IMG/VR virus record: IMGVR_UViG_3300044712_001937
Coordinates: 300,703 to 364,702 of that record
Length of the DNA stretch: 64,000 nt
Reading direction: 5' to 3' (one strand)
In this document: positions 39,910 through 49,700 of the stretch, piece by piece
How positions within the stretch are numbered: position 1 is the first letter of the stretch
How the letters are laid out: each line of letters begins with the position of its first letter
Notes under the pieces: generated by a model
Databases searched by the model: none
Seen by the model: only the letters and a program-made list of their open reading frames with translations
Told to the model about the DNA's origin: nothing
Position numbers and translations under genes: made by a program

Positions 39910-40415
39910 ATATTCAAACTATCATAAGTTAAATTATTAATACTACCAATCTCAATACAATATTTAATGAATATTCGTTTTGGGATTAAATAAATATCCA
40001 TTTCTTTCCAAACACCATTTTCTTGCTCGACATTGCATTTATTTTTTTTCCAAACACCATTATTTAAATTTTCAACAATACAATCATTAATTTTTTGTTT
40101 TTCAATTATAAAACTTTCTTCACCATCAGATATAATCCAGTAATTTGCTTTACTAATTGTAAGTCCAGACAATCTACCATTACATCCTACTTCAATACAA
40201 ATATTTTGTGTTTCTTTAGCTTTATAATCAAATTTACACTCAATAGTTTTAATATTATTTGGATTATTTTCACTTGGAATTATAATATCATAAAAAGAAA
40301 AATCTTCCTTCTTCATATTTTTATATGCTAAAGGAAATTTTTTTTCATTCAAATCTAAAAGACAAAAATCTTCAAATTCAAATCCCATTTTAGATGATAC
40401 TTTCCAATCTGCCAT
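39906..40415 (-). CDS. PD-(D/E)xK nuclease-like protein
   Basis: GFEFE...YDIII...TIECKFD...NICIEV..NGRLSGLTISKANYW. Confidence 0.65.
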   Translation of the reverse strand: MADWKVSSKMGFEFEDFCLLDLNEKKFPLAYKNMKKEDFSFYDIIIPSENNPNNIKTIECKFDYKAKETQNICIEVGCNGRLSGLTISKANYWIISDGEESFIIEKQKINDCIVENLNNGVWKKNKCNVEQENGVWKEMDIYLIPKRIFIKYCIEIGSINNLTYDSLNI

Positions 40416-40416
40416 A

Positions 40417-40827
40417 TTATGCAGGTTTTAATGCAGATGCAATTATTTCAGTCGGTTTACCTACAACCATAAATGGTCGTTTTAATGGTTTCCAATCTGT
40501 TAATTCATTCGACATTTTTGGTGTTGCTCCAATCATACGATTAACTGCAATAGTGATATGTGGTTTATTATTTTTACTTGGAAACCCCGATACACCAACT
40601 GCAATAACTTTATCATTTATCGCATAGTCATTAACCATTAATGGAATATTAATACCTTTATTTTTTTCAAACATTGGTTGAATTTCTGGGTCAATATCAC
40701 CTAAATTAATAGTCATATGATGTGCAATAATTTCAAAATTTTCTGGAATTATAGCTTTAAAATATTTAATTAACTTTTCTCTTGAATGTTCATCAAGAAC
40801 AACTGCAGTATAAAGCACTTTGCTCAT
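40417..40827 (-). CDS. 2H phosphoesterase (tRNA-ligase cyclic-phosphodiesterase-like)
   Basis: Two HxT motifs, HHMTI and PHITI, followed by the PKMSN tail typical of this family. Confidence 0.82.
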   Translation of the reverse strand: MSKVLYTAVVLDEHSREKLIKYFKAIIPENFEIIAHHMTINLGDIDPEIQPMFEKNKGINIPLMVNDYAINDKVIAVGVSGFPSKNNKPHITIAVNRMIGATPKMSNELTDWKPLKRPFMVVGKPTEIIASALKPA

Positions 40828-40888
40828 AAAAAAATGATTGATAAATTTTATTTAGATTAGGTACGATTTTATTTAAAAATTGTTTCAA

Positions 40889-43132
40889 TTATCCAGTACT
40901 TTCAATAAAATTAATATCTTTTACAGATATTTTTTCAGGTAATTCATATGATTTACATCTTGCTCGATGTGTATAACAATAAAATCCATTCTTATCAGCA
41001 CCTAAACTAACTCCACTTGATTTTGGAGTCTTTTCCGTAAACTCTTTAGGCTTCATTAAACCATGAATATGTCCACCTTCATGATATGTCGAACCACCAG
41101 TAAGATACTTTGAAATTAATTCTTTCATTTCTTTACTAATAGATTTTGAACGCATTAAAGATGCTTTTACATCAGTATATGATTCATTTAAACTTTCTTT
41201 CTGATTTAATGAATTCAATAACATTTCTTCATTATTAGCAACTTTATCGCTATATATTTTAATTAATAAATTTTTTTGAGCATCACCTATTTCTTTACCT
41301 TTTAAACCAATCTGCATCAAATCACCACCATTAACAGCTAATTCATTAACAGTTTTAGGGTATTTACCCTGTAACAACTCATTAGCTGCAATTTTAATTC
41401 CACTTGGTAATATTTTACTTTGTAATGCTAATGGAGATATTAAATACATATTATGAGCTACAGCTCTTGCTTTAGCAGGGTTAGTTTCTTCATAATTTTG
41501 ATATGCTAATTCTAATGCTTTTATTTCTTTATATGAATCTAAATCACCTTTTAAATTATTTTTATAAAATTCAGAAGGATTTGATAACATTCTGGATAAT
41601 AAAAATATAAATTCACCCATTGAGACAATTTCTTCAAATGGACTTCTATCTATTGTTGATTGTTTTAAATCAAAGCCAAAAATATTATTAAATAATCCGG
41701 TATTCTTTAACAATTGAGCACCTAAACGTTTATTTCCTTTATGAATTATTTTATCAAATTCTGTCAATATTCTTTCAGGTGGAATTTCTTTAATTCTACT
41801 TGCATTATCCTGAATCATTTTCATTGTTAATGGTTCAATAGTAAATCCAAAACGTGATGCAAATTGTACAGCACGTAACATACGAAGTGGGTCATCAGAA
41901 AATGCTTCCGGATTAACTACACGAATAATTTTATCTTTCAAATCTTTTTGTCCACCATATGGGTCTACAATATTACCATTAATATCTTTAGCAATTGCAT
42001 TAATCGTAAAATCTCTACGTTTTAAATCAGCTTCAATAGGTAAATCATGGTCTGACTTTACTTCAAAACCTCTATGTCCACCTTCTCCAGTCGCACTTTC
42101 TGACCTTGGAATTGCAATATCTATATCATCAGTAGCACCTTTAGGTTTAAATTTTAAAATTCCGAATGATTTACCTACTGCATCAACTTTACCATATCGT
42201 GCTAAAATTAATTCAAGTTTATCCATAGGAATTCCAGTAATAAGAATATCTAAATCCTTACTTTCTTTACCTAAAAATTCATCTCGAACTGCACCACCTA
42301 CAGAAAATATTTTACCACCAAGTTGTTCTATTTCTTGTTTAAATGGTAAATCCTGTAAAGATATTAACTGCGCCTCATTCATTATTTCTTCTTTATATAA
42401 GTGAAAATCGTGTACTTCTTCGTTTGTTTTTTCTTTTATTATTTTAATTTGCCTTGGGTTAAATACGAAATAATCATCATAAAGTTTCGCTCCGTCATAT
42501 CCCATATCTTGAAGTTGACCTAAACCATATTTTTCATATTCATTCCAACCAGCCATTTTTTGTATTGATAAATATGCTGGAATTATTCTGCTTCTACCAG
42601 CAGCACCAGATTCACCACGCATTATTTTATCTTTATCAGCAGAAAACCAAATAATTGGTTGTGCTGCATTATTTAAACTAAATCTGGTAAAATCTTTATT
42701 TGTGCCATGATAAACTATTAAGGGTTTGCCTTGAGCATCTACAACTTTTGAATTTTTAAACCAATCATAAAACCTATTTGACAAATTTAATGATTCTTCT
42801 TTAATAATTTCAATTAAATTACATTCTTTTAAAGGTTTAATTTCAAAATTATTAATATCACCTTGATTACATGCTGAAGATGTGTTACCTAATCCACCTA
42901 ATCTACATTTTTTCTTTACATTAACAGTGGAACTACCATTCATTGAGGATAATATACGTTCAACAATCATATCAATGTCAGATTCTGTAATTTCATACTC
43001 ATCTTGAGTTGCATCACCATTAACATGATTATATTCTAAATCTTCATCGACTATATTATTGTTATATGTTGGAAAATCATCCTGACCAATAGTATTATCA
43101 GTTGAAAATTTTGAAGTTGAGTCTTCATTCAT
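40889..43132 (-). CDS. cca: Multidomain protein: ART-PolyVal-like domain, class II CCA-adding tRNA nucleotidyltransferase and an unknown C-terminal domain
   Basis: NTase motifs VGGAVRD..LG...KDLD, DLKRRDFTINA, DPYGGQKDL and FSDDPLRMLRAVQF, with the flexible loop present and no GRRF poly(A)-polymerase signature. The N-terminal NSKVVD..GKPLIVYHGT...GYDG...FNPRQIK occupies ~42440-42770. Confidence 0.88.
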   Translation of the reverse strand: MNEDSTSKFSTDNTIGQDDFPTYNNNIVDEDLEYNHVNGDATQDEYEITESDIDMIVERILSSMNGSSTVNVKKKCRLGGLGNTSSACNQGDINNFEIKPLKECNLIEIIKEESLNLSNRFYDWFKNSKVVDAQGKPLIVYHGTNKDFTRFSLNNAAQPIIWFSADKDKIMRGESGAAGRSRIIPAYLSIQKMAGWNEYEKYGLGQLQDMGYDGAKLYDDYFVFNPRQIKIIKEKTNEEVHDFHLYKEEIMNEAQLISLQDLPFKQEIEQLGGKIFSVGGAVRDEFLGKESKDLDILITGIPMDKLELILARYGKVDAVGKSFGILKFKPKGATDDIDIAIPRSESATGEGGHRGFEVKSDHDLPIEADLKRRDFTINAIAKDINGNIVDPYGGQKDLKDKIIRVVNPEAFSDDPLRMLRAVQFASRFGFTIEPLTMKMIQDNASRIKEIPPERILTEFDKIIHKGNKRLGAQLLKNTGLFNNIFGFDLKQSTIDRSPFEEIVSMGEFIFLLSRMLSNPSEFYKNNLKGDLDSYKEIKALELAYQNYEETNPAKARAVAHNMYLISPLALQSKILPSGIKIAANELLQGKYPKTVNELAVNGGDLMQIGLKGKEIGDAQKNLLIKIYSDKVANNEEMLLNSLNQKESLNESYTDVKASLMRSKSISKEMKELISKYLTGGSTYHEGGHIHGLMKPKEFTEKTPKSSGVSLGADKNGFYCYTHRARCKSYELPEKISVKDINFIESTG

Positions 43133-43172
43133 ATAAATTTACTTTTATATAAATACAATATTATAAATAAAA

Positions 43173-43191
43173 AAGCGCAATTAATGCGCTT
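43173..43191. terminator. Possible intrinsic terminator
   Basis: aagcgca-attaa-tgcgctt hairpin with an upstream A-run, overlapping the stop of the 43181-43870 gene. Confidence 0.5.
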
Positions 43192-43870
43192 GTTGTTTTG
43201 CTATTTTTGCTTTATTTTTATCTTGAATTTCTCTAAGCGTTTCATATATAATAGATTTTATAATCTCTTTATTTTCTTGTAACACTTTTTTTATTCGTTC
43301 AACAGCATACATTTCAAGAATAACATTTTTAGTAGATTCTTCATTAATCATTTCTAAATTTTCTGCCAAATAATTAATCACAATGTTTTTAACATTTTCA
43401 ACTAATAAACCTTCATTAATTGCTTGTCCACCTGATTGATTATATCTTGGTTGATTGTTTGTTTGTTTACCTGATATAGCTTCAATAGACTCAGCTAATG
43501 TCATTTTATTATTTTGTTGAAATTTATTAAACATTTCTTCTTCTCTTGAACTATCATCTTCATTAATTAAAATAGGTTTTCTATTGTAATTATTATATTG
43601 ATTATTCATTGGAATTGAAGTATTTTCTGTTTGTTCTGAAATTGTTAATTTTTTATCACCACCTTTTTTATCGGTCGCTTTATTTGCAACCTGTTTTAAA
43701 TGATTAATAGCTGTATTTTGTCTACCTGTTTGTAATGATTCAAGTAAACCATTTAAAAATGCATCTTTAGGAACAGAAGCAGAATTACCAAAACTTTCTT
43801 GGTTTTTATTTTTCTTACGAGATTCAATCTCACCTTTAAGATTATTTAAATCTAATTTTTGATTTGCCAT
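43181..43870 (-). CDS. Hypothetical protein
   Basis: 229-aa ORF with a late motif (43895-43901) and several (I/L)xE motifs. Confidence 0.75.
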   Translation of the reverse strand: MANQKLDLNNLKGEIESRKKNKNQESFGNSASVPKDAFLNGLLESLQTGRQNTAINHLKQVANKATDKKGGDKKLTISEQTENTSIPMNNQYNNYNRKPILINEDDSSREEEMFNKFQQNNKMTLAESIEAISGKQTNNQPRYNQSGGQAINEGLLVENVKNIVINYLAENLEMINEESTKNVILEMYAVERIKKVLQENKEIIKSIIYETLREIQDKNKAKIAKQQAH

Positions 43871-43902
43871 TTTATAAAATATTATATTTTTTTATAAATA
43901 CT

Positions 43903-44985
43903 TTACGTTTTGAAAAAAGTCTTTCTTTCAATAGTAGGATTTTCAATTTCTTTAATATCCTTTTTATTTATAATTTCTTTAGATATAGGTTGATTTGGTG
44001 TAACAGGTTTATTTGCTATTGGTTCACTGTTTGTAACAGGTTTATTTACAGTATTTTTTTGAGCTAATGTTTTTCTTAACTCAGCTTCTCTTCTTTGTTG
44101 TTGTGTTTGAATTAATTTATGATAATTTTGCGGAAAATATTTTGAATAAAAATGAGATAAATTTCCTAAAACAGATTCAGGTGGAACTTTATCTTGATAT
44201 TTTTTTTCAATAGCTTCTAATTCGTTTCGTTTATTAGCAACAATAATATAATTATCGATAGAACCTTTCCAAACAACTTTAACTTGATTAACTAAATTTT
44301 CAATATCATTTTTAGTTTCCCTTCTATTTAAAGCATTAGCACCTGCAAATCTTTCCCAACTACGCTTAATTTGAGGACGTTTATATGCAGGAATTTCAGT
44401 TGAAGTAGCACCACTTTTTTGAATCTTAGTTGTCAATACATCTGGTTTATTTACAGTATCAGTACCATCAGCAGCATATTTAACATCAGCAGCACTAATT
44501 TTTGCAATAATACCATACATTTGTTTGTCATTTTCATTATAATATTCTCCTGTAGGTATTAAAACTTTACCATCATCATCATTAAATTTAACACCTCTGG
44601 GAATAAATTGTGTAATTTTCTCGATAAAAAATAATCTCCATCCCGGTTTTGTTTGATTATCATCATCATCTTGATGATATTCATGTTTAAATCTTGGAAT
44701 TCTTTTTAAACCACTTAAACTTTCGCTATTTCCAACATCTTGCCATGCTCTTAACACATACTTACCCTTATTAGGATTACTTTTACTTGCAGTAAGTAGT
44801 CTTCCTAATACAAAAGGTCTTATTGTTCTTGCGCCTTTAGCATTATTATCATCACCAGCATAATAAATAACAGCATATTCATGATTCTTTATAGCATCGC
44901 TAATTGTTTTAGCATTGATGTTTTCAGTAATTAAACCACGAAATTCTTTAATATTTTCGATTAATATTCTATCTTCTTTTAACAT
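43903..44985 (-). CDS. WYL-domain protein
   Basis: DAIKNHEYAVIYY...RTIRPFVLG...YVLRAW...WRLFFIEKI follows the WYL SH3-like pattern; low-complexity C-terminus. Confidence 0.65.
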   Translation of the reverse strand: MLKEDRILIENIKEFRGLITENINAKTISDAIKNHEYAVIYYAGDDNNAKGARTIRPFVLGRLLTASKSNPNKGKYVLRAWQDVGNSESLSGLKRIPRFKHEYHQDDDDNQTKPGWRLFFIEKITQFIPRGVKFNDDDGKVLIPTGEYYNENDKQMYGIIAKISAADVKYAADGTDTVNKPDVLTTKIQKSGATSTEIPAYKRPQIKRSWERFAGANALNRRETKNDIENLVNQVKVVWKGSIDNYIIVANKRNELEAIEKKYQDKVPPESVLGNLSHFYSKYFPQNYHKLIQTQQQRREAELRKTLAQKNTVNKPVTNSEPIANKPVTPNQPISKEIINKKDIKEIENPTIERKTFFKT

Positions 44986-45224
44986 TACGCAGTTGCAGAA
45001 TTGTATTCATTAGTTGGTGTGTATTTATTTTTTACAGCCAATTTTTCACGAGTTTTAATATCTGTTGCACCACCAACTTGATTATTATTTTCACCCTTAC
45101 CTTTTTCATCACCAGTTGATAATGCATTTGGATTTGCTACGTTATAATCATCATTGTTATCATAACTATTTCTGGCAATATTGTTTTTTCTGAAGCTTAT
45201 ACTTGAATCTTCTAATCTACTCAT
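44985..45224 (-). CDS. Small hypothetical protein
   Basis: 79 aa; late motif (45257-45263); the stop overlaps the next start. Confidence 0.75.
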   Translation of the reverse strand: MSRLEDSSISFRKNNIARNSYDNNDDYNVANPNALSTGDEKGKGENNNQVGGATDIKTREKLAVKNKYTPTNEYNSATA

Positions 45225-45267
45225 TTGATTTAGTTTTTATTTAATGTTATTTACTATAAATACAAGA

Positions 45268-46038
45268 TTATTCATATTTTTTAAATACAAGAGTAATATA
45301 TTCCATTAAATTAGGAACAGTATCTAAATATTTCATTTCACTTGTATCATACCATCCATAATTAGTATTTTCTTCATTAAGTACTACATCTGTAGGTTCA
45401 CCTTTATATCTGCAAGCAAATACATGTTCAATACTATCAGATTTTCTTTGTATTGAGAATGATTTAATAAATTTACTTACGTCTAAACCAGTCTCTTCAC
45501 TAATTTCTCTCTTACATGCTTTTTCAGGAGTTTCACCTTTTTCAATACCACCACCAACTAAACCCCACTTACCGGGCATCCACATTTCTTTTATATTAGC
45601 TCGTTTTAATAATAAAATTTTATTATCATTATTTACAATTACAGCAACTGCATTTTTTATTAAATCATTAGTTGATTCATTTATAGCATTTGCATTATAA
45701 GCATTAACATCAGAATTAGTATTTACTGTCATATCACGAGTCACATTTTTATTTACTTTTACTGCATTTCTATCAGTATTTAATGTAGTTTCAATAAAAT
45801 TTCTCATTAAATCACCTCCAGCTAATGCATATTGTATTTTACTATCAGTTTGCGGATTAAAATAATCAAAAAAATTTTTTAACCTTTTTAATACTTGATA
45901 TGTAACACTACCATTTTTTAACATAAATTTAGCACGTTTAACACCTTCACCACTTGGGTTTGATACCAATGTAGCCTGAATAAATTTAATAACATCAGAT
46001 GGTAATTGATATTGTTTATCGTATAATTGTGAATTCAT
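45268..46038 (-). CDS. Nudix hydrolase with an N-terminal unknown domain
   Basis: Nudix box GGIEKGETPEKACKREISEETGL. Confidence 0.9.
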   Translation of the reverse strand: MNSQLYDKQYQLPSDVIKFIQATLVSNPSGEGVKRAKFMLKNGSVTYQVLKRLKNFFDYFNPQTDSKIQYALAGGDLMRNFIETTLNTDRNAVKVNKNVTRDMTVNTNSDVNAYNANAINESTNDLIKNAVAVIVNNDNKILLLKRANIKEMWMPGKWGLVGGGIEKGETPEKACKREISEETGLDVSKFIKSFSIQRKSDSIEHVFACRYKGEPTDVVLNEENTNYGWYDTSEMKYLDTVPNLMEYITLVFKKYE

Positions 46039-46040
46039 AA

Positions 46041-46661
46041 TTAAATTTCTTTTCTTTCTAAAAGATTCATTAATTTATCAACATCTTTTTTATCTAATTT
46101 ATTTATTAATCCGGCAATTTTTTCAATTTTTTTCTCTTTTACATCACCATCATCATTTTTATTAGATATTTCATCTTCATTTTTATCATTAACTACTTTA
46201 TCTTCAACAACATTAGATTCGTCAAGAGTATCAGGTTTAAATGCATTTTCAAAATGTTTTTCAACTATTTTTATTATTTTTTTAGCATATTCAACATTAA
46301 CTTCTTTTTTAGGGTCGCTTTCTCCAGTTGATAATTTACGGAAATCAGATTTTAATTTATTTGGATTTCTATAATAAAATTCGAGAATTTCTTTATATCT
46401 ATCATACATTAAATTTATTAAATCAGTAAGCATTTCACTTTGACCTTGATTTTCTTTTCCTTCAAAAAATGGTAATAATGTAAAACCAAATCGACCAAGC
46501 ATATCATATCTAAATGGTTGAGCTGATTTATTAACATTCATATCAGTAGTACCATTTGCCTGACTTTCCAAATCACTACCATTTTTTGGAAGTGCATCTG
46601 CACCTATTAATTCACCATTAGAATCTATAATTTCGTCTATTTTATTTTTTGTAAATTTCAT
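46041..46661 (-). CDS. Hypothetical protein
   Basis: 206-aa ORF with a late motif (46679-46685). Confidence 0.75.
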   Translation of the reverse strand: MKFTKNKIDEIIDSNGELIGADALPKNGSDLESQANGTTDMNVNKSAQPFRYDMLGRFGFTLLPFFEGKENQGQSEMLTDLINLMYDRYKEILEFYYRNPNKLKSDFRKLSTGESDPKKEVNVEYAKKIIKIVEKHFENAFKPDTLDESNVVEDKVVNDKNEDEISNKNDDGDVKEKKIEKIAGLINKLDKKDVDKLMNLLERKEI

Positions 46662-46702
46662 CTGACTATATTTTAATATAAATACTAACTAAATATTAAT
46701 CA

Positions 46703-49700
46703 TCATGATTCTTCATTAAAATTATCAATAGAACCAACATCATTCAACCCATCATCTTCAGAATTATCATTTAAAACTTCATCAATACGAAGTGAAACTA
46801 ATTCTTCAAAAACTTCTTTAGATTTATCAATCTGCTTAAACACTTGTTCCATTGTCGAGTCTTTTGGAAGACCATATGCTAATTTAAATTCTGAAAATAC
46901 TCTTCCCCTAAATAATATTTCACTTTCTTCCAATAATTCTTTATCTGATTTTTCATTTAACTGTGCAATTTCCAAGTCCTGAAGTCTTTTTTCTTCTTCT
47001 TCTCTTATTTTATCAAGTTCAAGTTCTATTTCACATTTAGGAATTGGAATATCTGTCCTAATAATTTCGATATATATACCATTATATGCACCAAGATTGT
47101 AACTACTACCATCTTTAATCAACACAAAATCACCATCTTCATATTTATCATTAATAGATTTAATTAATGGTTTATTACTCTTTTTCATTAAATCATTAAG
47201 ATAATTTAAAGCATTATCATATATTTCATAATATATTTTATGTTCATAATCATCATATAATTTAAAACCATCCCATATTAATCTTGGGTCATATCCGGTT
47301 TTATTCCAAAAAATTACTTCCATCTTTTCCATATGCATAGATTCATCAAAAGTATCTAATTCAAAACTTTTCAATTCTAATTGGTCAGATGTAAACATTT
47401 CTTTTTTCAAATTACCAGTTTTTTTATCTAATTTCACTAATATATTTTTTCGAACTTCTGGTTCGAAACCTAATAGCAAAGTTTCAACACGTTTATTAAA
47501 AGCATCCAAATATTTAACATAGTTATATTCATCAGTCATATTAGGATTATTTAATAAATCTTCATGACTAATTAATTTAGCACATAATCTATCTTCACCA
47601 GTTTTTTTATCTTTAATAATACGTGAGTCTCCATGAGATTTCAAATATCCGGTATTAACATAGTAAACCATACTATCTAATTCAGGTTCAGGTGGCATAT
47701 GGTTAATAACCAACTTCATCTTATCATCAATACTTAATTTTTCTTCTGATTTAGTATAAATTAAAGAATGTTTATGCTCTTGGAATAATTTTTCAGCAAT
47801 TAATTCACGTTTTTTAATTAATAATTCCATATGTGCTTGCATTCCTTTATCTCTACCATTTTTATCTTTACCTCTTTTTTTATATGCACTAAGTGAAATT
47901 TTAACTTTACTTTTACTCGCAATTTTCTTTAAAGGAATTTGCATATATCGAATATTTTCAGCATAATCATAGTAATAATCGACAAATTCTTTGCCTTTTC
48001 CATGAAGAATCATATCCAATCCTTTATCGATAAAATCTTCAATATATTCAGGCATCGTTTTAGACTTAATAGTATTTCCAGTTAATTTAATTTTTTCTTT
48101 CATATTACCAGTCTTTTTATCTTTAGCTAAAGATAACGTAGCATAATTAATTCTTGATAAATTAAGGCAAGCCAATGATTCACCATCATTATCAACTGAC
48201 ATAAATGGTGGTTTCATTTCTTCAACATTATATTTTTCAATAATTGCAGGTACACCACTTAATCCATGATATTTCCACATATCTTCAATCAATCCTTCTT
48301 GTTCTTCTACAAAAACACCTTCATCTGTAACACGAATATTTGTATAATCTGGAATAGAAAAATTTATACCATCAGTAACTGCTAATAATGGGATTAATTT
48401 ATAATAACTAAACCATTTTACAGCATGACGTAAATGAATACGACCTGTACATGTGATACGAGCAGCACAAACATTATCAGACCAGTTAAACGATATACCA
48501 GAACCTAATGCACCGAATAATGAATTGTTTAAAATTTTTATAGGTAATTGTTTAATTTTAAACAACGCTTTATCTTCTGAAGTAATTTGATTATTAATAA
48601 GTTTTAAATAAGTTTCATGGTCAATTTCTTTTAATAATTGAATTTCTTCTTCTTTTAAACTATCACCACTTGCTAATCTCTTATATATATTACGAGTTGT
48701 AGTAAGATATAAAAGCATTTTTTTAATAACACCTGTTATATCAAACATTGGGAATATATCTTCAGTTAATTGTGTCATAGGATAAAGTGAAGCATAGTCA
48801 ATTTTTACAATTCGCTTCGAATATCCAATTCTATAACATCTTGCTAAACCACCTGAAAAGCCATTTTTAGCTTCTGAAAATGGAATTGCAATATCATTTT
48901 CATAACTCCATGCTGTTAAAAGTAAATTCCAAATAGCTGCAGTTCCCATTGTACATACACGTTGATATGTTGTAGGAATTATTTTTGCTAATGAAAATGA
49001 AGATTGATTATATAATTCATCAATTTGTTCAGTTTCCCATAAGTCATCTAATAAATATTGTTTTACGAGTTTTTTCCCGCCAATAAACGATGTCATTTTT
49101 TGTGGAATAGCTTCTTTTCTAAGCCAATCTACGAAATTTGGATTGCTATCGAGATATTCTTTTCTAAATGAATTATATTTTTCAACGCTTAACCTATCTT
49201 TATTAGCTTGTAGTGTATATAATTTCTTTGCAGTATCTTGATATTCATCTAAAATTTCTAAATATTCATTATTTTCATTAATAACAAATATTTTATTTTC
49301 ATTATAATATCTACCAATATTATTATCTTCACCTGAAATATAAGTTCTATTAGGTTTTGCAACTTTTTCAAATTTTGCTAAATATTTTAATTTAGTTTCT
49401 TTCATATCGCTATTTAAAGCAGCAGTTTTTTTAGCTGCATGTAAAATATCGATAATTGAATACCCCCACATTTCAGTTGCTGTATATTTTTCAGCAGTAC
49501 TTCCATGTTTAAAAGTACTATTACCTCTTCTTTTTAATTGAATATCTTGATTCAATGTAGTTGGAATCGCAGATAAATCCATTTTAAGAATTTTGGCTCT
49601 TCCTAATATAAAATCAAAGTCAAAATTTTCACTGTTAAAACCTGAAATAACTGCAGGTTTAATTATATTTATTAAATTGAAGAAATCTTGAATTAATTTA

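Noticed and set aside
40889-43132. Poly(A) polymerase (PcnB) assignment for the nucleotidyltransferase
   Set aside because: It lacks the G(R/K)RF signature (reads VGKSFGIL) and has a CCA-type loop and DLKRRD motif.
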